Shown piece after piece: positions 1-6,469 of a stretch of DNA of 15,372 nt; position 1 is the stretch's first letter; every line of letters starts with the position of its first letter. Under the pieces are notes generated by a model, which was given only the letters and a program-made list of their open reading frames with translations, did no database searches and was not told the origin of the DNA. The DNA comes from PVC group bacterium (lineage in GTDB: Bacteria; GCA-001730085; JADFSZ01): the NCBI GenBank assembly GCA_022560555.1, contig JADFSZ010000018.1, positions 1-15,372 on the forward strand, read 5' to 3'. A program made the position numbers and the translations under genes.

Positions 1-37
1 AGCATACTGCATTTCCATCAATGAGATAAAATTTTGG

Positions 38-63
38 CAAGAAAAATCCCCGACGGGCATTTC
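38..63 (-). terminator. Weak candidate intrinsic terminator downstream of the secretin gene
   Basis: The minus strand reads AAAUGCCC-GUC-GGGGAUUU followed by UUCUU. This is an imperfect 8-bp stem with one G-G mismatch and a 3-nt loop, starting about 55 nt after the stop at 117..119. The stem is short and imperfect. Confidence 0.3.
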
Positions 64-116
64 ATATGTAAGGTTTAAAAACTACGAAGTTTATCGGCCC
101 ATGCGTCATTATGGTT

Positions 117-1289
117 TCAAAACGCGCGATCATTATCTTTAATTTTTGCGGTAATAAAGAAAAGTAAATTTTTCCTTTGTTCTGATTTTGTTGTTGTTTT
201 AAATAAATTTCCTATGAGAGGAATATCACCAAAAAATGGAACTTTCCGCACATCCTCCCTTTCTTCACGTGTCATGAGACCTCCGATGATAACAGTGCCT
301 CCATCCGGTATCAGCACCGTCGTATCCACGCTGCGGGTGACAAAATTCGGAAAGAAGATGTTCGCTATCTCCCCCTCACTTCCAATGGGAATGGTTCCCG
401 GTACCAACTCTAAGTCAATGACAACGGGATGAAATTCCAGAATGATACTTTTGCGATCCGTACTAATGGTAGGCGTGATATCCAAAACAATGCCTGAGTC
501 TGCTTCACTGACAACGGGATCCGGAACAGAAACGAGAGTATCCCCCACTGTCTGGGTGCTTGTGTCTATATCGCTAACGTAGGACTGCGTGCGTATAATC
601 TGGATGTTGGCACGCTGGTTATTAAAACATGAAATGCGCGGAGATGCCAAAGTGGTCAGGTCCACTTTTTGGGCTAAGGCGTGAACGAGAACATCAATAT
701 TCAGATTGGAGGTATTAATGAATCCTAAAATACTGAATTCTTCGGTTGGGTCCAGGGGAAAATCTTCCGTCCAGACTCCAGCCCCAAAGTTTGTTACGTC
801 AGATCCCCCGCCCGTATTGCCATTTACGCCAAAAGTCCCATGATGATTCCCCACGTCGACCGTGTATCCTAAATCCCGAATTTCAACTCCCAAATCTGTA
901 CCGTCAAAAGAGGTCACTTCAATAATACGCGCTTCGATCAAGATTTCATCGGCGACATAAGTGCGAAGCTCCTCCAGAATGCTTTCAACACGGTTGATAT
1001 TTTCCGGTGTATTTCTCACAAAGAGTTTTCCTGTCGGACGATGAAAAACAATGTTGGTTCCTTCTTCTTCAAAATTGACCATGTCGGTTATGAGCGTAAT
1101 GAGAGATTCTCCCGGAACAATAAAGGGGCTCGCGACACCTTCAATCCCTCCGGAAACTTGTATGGAGATGACTTCATCGCTTGTTATCGATTCCGGAGCT
1201 AGCGCTTCAGCATACGGTACTCTGACAAAGACTTCAATGATGACGATCAGAAATATCCATCGGCACTTATCTAAAATTTTCTTTCTCAT
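117..1289 (-). CDS. Outer-membrane secretin (PilQ/GspD family), short form (about 390 aa) with its own signal peptide and only one small N-type domain before the secretin core
   Basis: The ORF track gives 117..1400. The preferred start is ATG 1289..1287, preceded by GAGGG (minus strand AATGAGGGATTACATTATG). The N-terminus MRKKILDKCRWIFLIVIIEVFVRVPYAEA has a basic n-region, a hydrophobic core and an AEA cleavage-like site. The secretin core starts at ILIEARIIEVT. It ends with the family signature GGLMTREEREDVRKVPFFGDIPLIGNLFK...RKNLLFFITAKI. Confidence 0.88.
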   Translation of the reverse strand: MRKKILDKCRWIFLIVIIEVFVRVPYAEALAPESITSDEVISIQVSGGIEGVASPFIVPGESLITLITDMVNFEEEGTNIVFHRPTGKLFVRNTPENINRVESILEELRTYVADEILIEARIIEVTSFDGTDLGVEIRDLGYTVDVGNHHGTFGVNGNTGGGSDVTNFGAGVWTEDFPLDPTEEFSILGFINTSNLNIDVLVHALAQKVDLTTLASPRISCFNNQRANIQIIRTQSYVSDIDTSTQTVGDTLVSVPDPVVSEADSGIVLDITPTISTDRKSIILEFHPVVIDLELVPGTIPIGSEGEIANIFFPNFVTRSVDTTVLIPDGGTVIIGGLMTREEREDVRKVPFFGDIPLIGNLFKTTTKSEQRKNLLFFITAKIKDNDRAF

Positions 1290-2982
1290 AATGTAATCCC
1301 TCATTCTTATTCTTATTTTTGGTTTTGTAATTATTCCCCCCCGCCTCCGAAGATCCAGTTGAAATATTGACTCCTTCGAGACCATCGGATGGAAAGTCAT
1401 GAATCTTGCGAATCAAGTCCGATACATCAAAAACCACCATGCGTAAACCACTTTCAAGAATCCGGTTCTGTGTGGTAATCCAGATCATATTTTCTTCAAT
1501 CATGTAACGCAAATCCGTAAATCTTAAAGCGGCATCCAGAAGCTCAATCAACGGCAAATCTTTCACTTTGATCGATATGGCCCCGCCCTCAAGCACATCG
1601 CTTAGTTCCCCGATGTCTTGGGCGATCGCACGGGTGTCAACAACAATGTTCAATCCTGTCAGAGCAGAAAGTGTCTCAATAACGGATAAAATACTGGCAT
1701 TGTTAAATTCCACGGTATATCGTACGGCCAAGGCATCTAAAAGCTTTTGCTTATCAGGAGACACGTATAAAGCTGTTTCGAGAGGACGTCGCCGCGGACC
1801 GAACTGACGCGCCCAATCAGGTGCTCTCTGGGTTGAGGGGATACTACTCTCAATCACATCGGACAAATGTCCCGTTGTTGCAATGTCCGCCATCTTTTCT
1901 AGGAGAACGTTTTCTAACTCAACTTTCTCTATTTCTGCCCGGCGAATCCATTCAGAAACTTTTTCTTTTAAATCCGGCTGGGGGCCCATACTGAGCGTAT
2001 CCTCCCAAATATTGATGGCCATATCGTACTGCCTCACTTGATAAAGCTTTTGACCTTCTTTAAAAAGACGCTTCATGGTTTGTTGGCGCACATCCATGGC
2101 ATACTGTACTTTTGCCTGCTGAATCTCCCGGATAAACTGTCTGGCTTTGTCATTTTCAGGTTCTTGTTTCAGAATATTTTTATAGGAAACGAGAGCCAAG
2201 TCATATTTCTCCTGATGAAACAATTCTTCCGCTTTGTCCATACGTTCTTTGCGGCTCAGTTGCTTTTGGACATCTTTGACAAACTGATTAGCCTTCCGGT
2301 TATTGGGGTCAAGCTTCAAGACACGATTAAAGGCTTTATCGGCCTGCTCATATTGTCTTTGGTCATAATACTTTTCGCCTCGGGCAAGCGCCCTTGCGAT
2401 TCCCCGTGCTTTCTGTTCTTTGGCTTTATGTATCGCCCGTTTTCTTTTCGCATCTTTCTTTTGGGCCGTGCGTGCTTTCTTTCTTTCGGCTCTTTGGCGT
2501 TTAACCTCCGCTTTCAGAAAATCCCGCGCGGCCCACGACGCGGCATCTTCCAATGGCCCTCCCATTGCCGCGGAATCACTGATGCGATCAGTGTAAATAT
2601 TAATTTTCTCCGCTCTCATATTGACTTGCTTCGCTTTCACATCCATGGTGCTTATCCAATCGGAAGATGGACGGGGGCTCTCTTTCGCGGGCCTGTTTAA
2701 GATTTCCTTTTTCACGTTGTCCATATACACCTTAACCTGCTCAAAATTCGGATTGATATCCTGAACCTTTTGAAATTCAATAAGGGCCGCTTCAAGGGCT
2801 CCTTCTCGATACAGCGTGATGGCCTGCGTGTAATGCTGATCAAGATAATCCTGGATCTCCTTTTCAACCAGGTGCATCCCCGTATTGGCTTTGAGATTTT
2901 GCGGACAAACCACAGTCATCCCGATAAAAACCGGTATCAAAAACGCCAAAATCGCCATTTTTTGATTCCCTTTATAGGACAT
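1267..2982 (-). CDS. Exported TPR-repeat / basic coiled-coil protein with a C-terminal secretin-N0 (STN)-like domain; possible pilotin-like or secretin N-terminal subunit
   Basis: The ORF track gives 1267..3024. The preferred start is ATG 2982..2980 (M15), with GGAG 7 nt upstream (TGGAGAAACGTATG). This yields MSYKGNQKMAILAFLIPVFIGMTVVC, a signal peptide or anchor followed by a Cys; the lipobox is not canonical. There are four TPR-like modules:
- LYREGALEAALIEFQKVQDINPN
- YYDQRQYEQADKAFNRVLKLDPNN
- FHQEKYDLALVSYKNILKQEPEN
- LYQVRQYDMAINIWEDTLSMGP
A K/R-rich segment reads KAEVKRQRAERKKARTAQKKDAKRKRAIHKAKEQKAR. The C-terminal segment VEFNNASILSVIETLSALTGLNIVVDTRAIA...ISIKVKDLPLIELLDAALRFTDLRYMIEENMIWITT matches the pattern of secretin/TonB STN (N0) domains. 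Confidence 0.7.
   Translation of the reverse strand: MSYKGNQKMAILAFLIPVFIGMTVVCPQNLKANTGMHLVEKEIQDYLDQHYTQAITLYREGALEAALIEFQKVQDINPNFEQVKVYMDNVKKEILNRPAKESPRPSSDWISTMDVKAKQVNMRAEKINIYTDRISDSAAMGGPLEDAASWAARDFLKAEVKRQRAERKKARTAQKKDAKRKRAIHKAKEQKARGIARALARGEKYYDQRQYEQADKAFNRVLKLDPNNRKANQFVKDVQKQLSRKERMDKAEELFHQEKYDLALVSYKNILKQEPENDKARQFIREIQQAKVQYAMDVRQQTMKRLFKEGQKLYQVRQYDMAINIWEDTLSMGPQPDLKEKVSEWIRRAEIEKVELENVLLEKMADIATTGHLSDVIESSIPSTQRAPDWARQFGPRRRPLETALYVSPDKQKLLDALAVRYTVEFNNASILSVIETLSALTGLNIVVDTRAIAQDIGELSDVLEGGAISIKVKDLPLIELLDAALRFTDLRYMIEENMIWITTQNRILESGLRMVVFDVSDLIRKIHDFPSDGLEGVNISTGSSEAGGNNYKTKNKNKNEGLHYEKENFR
1336..1342 (-). repeat. Homopolymeric G7 tract (C7 on the + strand) inside the two-frame overlap between the TPR/N0 gene and the secretin reading frame
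   Basis: Read directly: + strand ttattCCCCCCCgcctcc. In the TPR frame it encodes GCG GGG GGG AAT (A G G N). In the secretin frame it reads CGG GGG GGA ATA (R G G I). It is the longest G/C homopolymer I found in the window. Confidence 0.95.
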
Positions 2983-3004
2983 ACGTTTCTCCAAAGATCG
3001 GTTA

Positions 3005-3820
3005 TTATAACTCGCTCTCTGCATCTTCTTCTTGGTCCGGAGCCTCTATTGTGAGAGTAATCATGTCCCCTTGATCTAAATTCTTCAATGCGGCTGTTTC
3101 ATCGGTAATTTCAACCACAGTAAAGCCCTTAATCACACTTCCCACGTGTACGGTCTCAGGCCGATTTTCCGATTCAATGTAAATTTCCGCAAACAACTCT
3201 TTCTTCATACTGGGTTTCTTGTATTCTAAGAAAAACGTTTCTCCGTCAATCAATTTTTCAATTTTTAATTTCCCCTCTTTGATCTCAAGCAAACGATATC
3301 CTTCAACTTCTCCCTTAATCTCGCGAAAATGCGTCCCCGAGGGGGTATTCATTTGGAACAAAACAAGGCCGATCTCATTTTTAAGTTCACCCAACCAAAG
3401 AAGGGGTATCGGCTCTCGTATCGTTTTTTTTAACACAAACTCCGGTTTTTCCGGTTCCAAGATGTCCTCGGGCACTTCCACAATTACTACCGGCGGTGGA
3501 GGAAGCAGTACTCCTTCCGGTGCCTTATATTTGACGAAAAGTATGCGGCCAAACTGGTCCTTATTCAAAACAAAGTTCTCTGACTTACTCAAAAGCTGTT
3601 GGAACTCCCCCACAAGACTTTCCGGTACGACAGCATGCCGTTGTATATCAGATTCGATATCTGACAAACGTTCATTAAACGCGCTAATATTTTCAGTCAT
3701 AGACCAATTCACCAGAATCCATCCCACGCAAATAATAAGCACGATCGCACAAAACCACATCATGATGGCATCGTAGTGCCGCAAAACTTTGTCTATAACA
3801 ACATCCCATTGCAATTTCAT
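3005..3820 (-). CDS. Bitopic membrane protein, PilP/GspC-like by position and topology
   Basis: The start ATG is at 3820. An N-terminal TM segment (IMMWFCAIVLIICVGWILVNW) is followed by a Pro-rich linker (LLPPPPVVIVEVPEDILEPEKPEF). Two beta-rich segments then resemble the PilP/GspC HR-domain pattern: LWLGELKNEIGLVLFQ...IKGEVEGYRLLEIKEGKLKIE and TVHVGSVIKGFTVVEITDETAALKNL. It sits between the PilO-like gene and the secretin-associated genes. The functional call is by analogy only. Confidence 0.45.
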   Translation of the reverse strand: MKLQWDVVIDKVLRHYDAIMMWFCAIVLIICVGWILVNWSMTENISAFNERLSDIESDIQRHAVVPESLVGEFQQLLSKSENFVLNKDQFGRILFVKYKAPEGVLLPPPPVVIVEVPEDILEPEKPEFVLKKTIREPIPLLWLGELKNEIGLVLFQMNTPSGTHFREIKGEVEGYRLLEIKEGKLKIEKLIDGETFFLEYKKPSMKKELFAEIYIESENRPETVHVGSVIKGFTVVEITDETAALKNLDQGDMITLTIEAPDQEEDAESEL

Positions 3821-3844
3821 CTGTGGTCATACCTCGGTATCGCC

Positions 3845-4576
3845 TTAGCCTAACAAAAACCGGAAAGCTTTTACAACCAAATCGGCTTTAACGGTTTCTT
3901 CCGTTACCCGGCTGATATGACAGTAATTTATGATAAAAAACAAACGCTGATGCTCGAGAGCGTAAAGCAAGTTAATCAGTTCGCCGTAATCCGTCTCGAA
4001 GTTAAACGTGGCCGTAAATTCCTCATATGTCGGCTCTTGAGTCATTTTGTTTGTTTTCATCTTCCCTTGCGTAATATGAATATTTTTAAGTTCAGGAGTC
4101 CCGGCTTCCTGAAAAACCCGAATAATTGTTTCTGATATTTCTAGACGCCGAACAAGATCCGGCACCTCCGCCGATTTAGGAATGGTTGTGTCAAATTGCT
4201 CGAACCCGATTCTTTGACGCCCAAGCTCTCTTCGCTTCTTAACCACAAGATTTTTGAAATCAAGTCCCGACAAACTCGGATATTTCTCGGAAAATGTAAA
4301 TGGGTACGCCTCGATCAAATGTTTTTTGATAGCTTCGTATTCTTCGTTAAGCTTAGAGTATTCACGTTCAAGATTCGTCACAATTTTACGTACAGTTACT
4401 GAGCCGGCATTTTTATGATACTCATCAAGCTGCTTCATGGATTGCTCATACTGATGTTGCATATCCGCATAGGCCTTTTTCTGGGGAAGATAAAAATAAA
4501 GGAATGTGCCGATTCCAAGAAGAACAATAATAATCGGTATAGCAATCACAACAATATCTTTTGAGCTAAACCTCAT
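3845..4576 (-). CDS. PilO/GspM-like bitopic inner-membrane protein
   Basis: The start ATG 4576..4574 overlaps the upstream stop as ATGA (4576..4573), with GGAG 8 nt upstream. The protein has an N-terminal TM segment (IVVIAIPIIIVLLGIGTFLYFYL), a coiled-coil stretch (YADMQHQYEQSMKQLDEY...LEREYSKLNEEYEAIKKHL) and a C-terminal alpha/beta region (DYGELINLLYALEHQRLFFIINYCHISR) typical of PilO/GspM. Confidence 0.55.
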   Translation of the reverse strand: MRFSSKDIVVIAIPIIIVLLGIGTFLYFYLPQKKAYADMQHQYEQSMKQLDEYHKNAGSVTVRKIVTNLEREYSKLNEEYEAIKKHLIEAYPFTFSEKYPSLSGLDFKNLVVKKRRELGRQRIGFEQFDTTIPKSAEVPDLVRRLEISETIIRVFQEAGTPELKNIHITQGKMKTNKMTQEPTYEEFTATFNFETDYGELINLLYALEHQRLFFIINYCHISRVTEETVKADLVVKAFRFLLG

Positions 4577-6270
4577 GATAAATCTCCAAACTCCACGTAA
4601 ATCGTAAATTCAATAAGCTCCCCCAAACTATCTTGGACGGCAACGACAACTTCAACCTTCGTAAAATAGCTGTCTTGGGCTAAGGTGTTTTTGAAATCCT
4701 CAACATCCGAAAAATCACCCTTTGTTTTCCCGCGAATTTGAAATTGCTTGAAAAACATAGCCCGATCCCCCAGAGAAAAACCTTTTCCCTCCGGCCGGCC
4801 GCGAGATTCAGCCTGGCGGCGCCCCCGAGCCCTTGGTCTTTGGTCCAGTGCCTCTGCTTCTCCCTTCATCCTTTGAACCGGAATAAATTCGTCAAGCCAA
4901 AAATTATTGGGAATATGACGTGTCACTCGGGCAAGCGTATTCAGCCAGTCATGTTTGTGATTCAGCAAAACCCGCACTTCTTCCAGACGGCTCTCTAAAG
5001 GATCCAGTTTTTCTTCGATACCAGTTCTTAATTGATAGCATTCCTCGCATTCCGAAACAATGAGTTCGATCTGATTCGTTTTTGTCTCGAGCTGTGTGGT
5101 TTGAAAAGAAATGCCCAAATAGATGACGGCCAAGGAGAGACAAAATAATCCCGCCGCTGCGTAAAAATGCCCTTGCCGTTTTTTTATTCCTCGCGTCTGA
5201 ATCACTTCTTGCGGCAAAAGATTGGTATTCAGCTCTGCTTTACCGACGGCGCGTAAAGCCAGTCCGCATGCGATCCCAAACGCGGGATCAAGCCCTTCAG
5301 TCTTGTTGATCGTTCCCTTTGGCGACACACTGATGTTTTCAAGAAGATCAATTTTCTGTGTCGGAATTCCGATGTTTTTTTCAATAAAGGCCATAATGCC
5401 TTTCAAATTGGCCCCACCACCGGAAACAACAACTTTTTCAATGACAACTTCTTTGGATTGGGACCGGTAATAGCCGATTGAGCGCTGAATTTCAGCGATG
5501 AGACGCTGCAAAGTGATCGTGATCGAACGGTTCACCTTGCCGGAAGTCCCGCTTTCTTCTTCGGTTAGCCCTTGATCGATTTTCATTTGTTCGGCTTCTT
5601 TGAAGCCGATACGCATCTCATTTTTTATTGTTTCTGTGATTTCATTACCGGCTAAGGGAAGATTTCTGGACCAGAATTTTTTCCCTTCATACACCAACAA
5701 TGTCGTTGTTGCGGCTCCGATGTCAATAAAAACGATCCCTTTCCCGGGCGGCTTGTAGTGCACGTAATTGTAAAAAGCCAGTCCGCCAACGTCGATAGCT
5801 TCCACTTCAACAACGTTTGTCATCGGAGTTAAAAAGCTCTTTAAAATCCGCTTTTCGAGAGCGCTCAGCACAACCTCGGTTTCGATGGCTAAAGTTTGTT
5901 GTTCCAATATCTGGTAATCCCATACAACGCTGTCTATGGGAAAGGGAACCTGTTGCTGGGCCTCATATTCAATGATTTGGCCGATCTTGCTCGACATAAC
6001 CGGAGGAAGTTTTATGAAGCGGGAAAATGTAAACTGGTTTGGCAGGGATACGATGGCGCTGGATTTTTCAATCCCCATTTTTAATAACATGTGCCGGATA
6101 ATTACGGCAATAGGAGAAAAATCTTTTTGAAGATTAATAGCTTCTTCACGCGGAATTTCAGATTGATGGGCGTGGACAATCTCGAGATCCTTGCCAACCT
6201 TCTTAAACTCAACAATCTTTATTGAGCTTGCCCCTATATCAATCCCAATATAAGCTCTTCTTGGAAGCAT
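4573..6270 (-). CDS. pilM: Type IV pilus assembly protein PilM fused to a PilN-like transmembrane/periplasmic region (GspL-like architecture)
   Basis: The start ATG is at 6270..6268. Actin-like ATPase motifs are present: YIGIDIGASSIKIVEF, VFIDIGAATTTLLVYEG and VVVSGGGANLKGIMAFIEKNIGIP. At about aa 345 comes the conserved PilN N-terminal motif (NTNLLPQEV). A TM segment follows (FYAAAGLFCLSLAVIYLGISF), then a coiled coil and a periplasmic alpha/beta region (FWLDEF...FQIRGKTKG...VEVVVAV). That region is interrupted by an Arg-rich insert. Confidence 0.85.
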   Translation of the reverse strand: MLPRRAYIGIDIGASSIKIVEFKKVGKDLEIVHAHQSEIPREEAINLQKDFSPIAVIIRHMLLKMGIEKSSAIVSLPNQFTFSRFIKLPPVMSSKIGQIIEYEAQQQVPFPIDSVVWDYQILEQQTLAIETEVVLSALEKRILKSFLTPMTNVVEVEAIDVGGLAFYNYVHYKPPGKGIVFIDIGAATTTLLVYEGKKFWSRNLPLAGNEITETIKNEMRIGFKEAEQMKIDQGLTEEESGTSGKVNRSITITLQRLIAEIQRSIGYYRSQSKEVVIEKVVVSGGGANLKGIMAFIEKNIGIPTQKIDLLENISVSPKGTINKTEGLDPAFGIACGLALRAVGKAELNTNLLPQEVIQTRGIKKRQGHFYAAAGLFCLSLAVIYLGISFQTTQLETKTNQIELIVSECEECYQLRTGIEEKLDPLESRLEEVRVLLNHKHDWLNTLARVTRHIPNNFWLDEFIPVQRMKGEAEALDQRPRARGRRQAESRGRPEGKGFSLGDRAMFFKQFQIRGKTKGDFSDVEDFKNTLAQDSYFTKVEVVVAVQDSLGELIEFTIYVEFGDLS

Positions 6271-6330
6271 AGCCCCCCGTTATGCTTTCTGTAAGTGTGT
6301 CAAGATAATGCCGTTATTCGTATATAATGT

Positions 6331-6353
6331 CTTATGTAAGTATAAAGCATAAG
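6331..6353. promoter_or_regulatory. Inverted repeat CTTATG-N11-CATAAG bracketing the -10 hexamer; possible operator
   Basis: Read directly: + strand CTTATGtaagtataaagCATAAG. The 6-bp arms enclose the -10 element at 6339..6344. The arms are short, so chance occurrence cannot be excluded. Confidence 0.3.
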
Positions 6354-6367
6354 CTGATCTGTGTCAA
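6339..6367 (-). promoter_or_regulatory. Sigma70-type promoter for the pil-like operon
   Basis: The minus strand reads TTGACA (6367..6362), a 17-nt spacer CAGATCAGCTTATGCTT, then TATACT (6344..6339). That is a perfect -35, optimal spacing and a 5/6 match to the -10. It lies about 70 nt upstream of the pilM start, in the only large intergenic gap (6271..6469). Confidence 0.6.
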
Positions 6368-6469
6368 GCATATTAAGCCGGTATCCCGAAGCGACATGGC
6401 GTAGGCGTGTTTTTGAAAAGCATGCTGATAACAGCAAGATTCGTATCATACTAAACTATAATAGAATTT

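Noticed and set aside
1-116. A possible next gene start (minus-strand ATG at 18..16, MEMQYA...), small ORFs, and an open + strand frame through 2..150
   Set aside because: There is too little sequence, no SD and no recognisable motif, so none of these can be supported from this window.
1290-1400. N-terminal extension of the secretin ORF (MTFHPMVSKESIFQLDLRRRGGIITKPKIRIRMRDYI)
   Set aside because: It overlaps the TPR gene 3' end in another frame, has no signal-peptide character and has no SD. The internal ATG 1289 has GAGGG upstream and a signal-peptide-like sequence. The extension is kept only as part of the G7 frameshift observation.
2038-2700. A 220-aa + strand ORF antisense to the TPR gene
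   Set aside because: It is entirely a shadow of a well-supported minus-strand gene. The translation is low-complexity and hydrophobic (FFKKTLHGLLAHIHGILYFCLL...) with no recognisable motif, and there is no SD context.
3219-3776. A 185-aa + strand ORF antisense to the PilP-like gene
   Set aside because: It is an antisense shadow ORF. The Ser/Gly/Thr-rich translation mirrors the codon bias of the opposite strand, and no supporting motif is present.
6296-6304. The second TTGACA box, considered as an independent promoter (P2)
   Set aside because: The sequence 16-18 nt downstream is ACGGGG-like. The only A/T-rich hexamer, CATAAC, is 13 nt away. A transcript from here would also lack room for a leader and SD. 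It is retained only as a possible operator or repeat.
6421-6445. A possible lpxB terminator hairpin (minus strand TGCTG-TTAT-CAGCA followed by TGCTTTTC)
   Set aside because: The stem is only 5 bp and the U-tract is short and interrupted. This is too weak to call.
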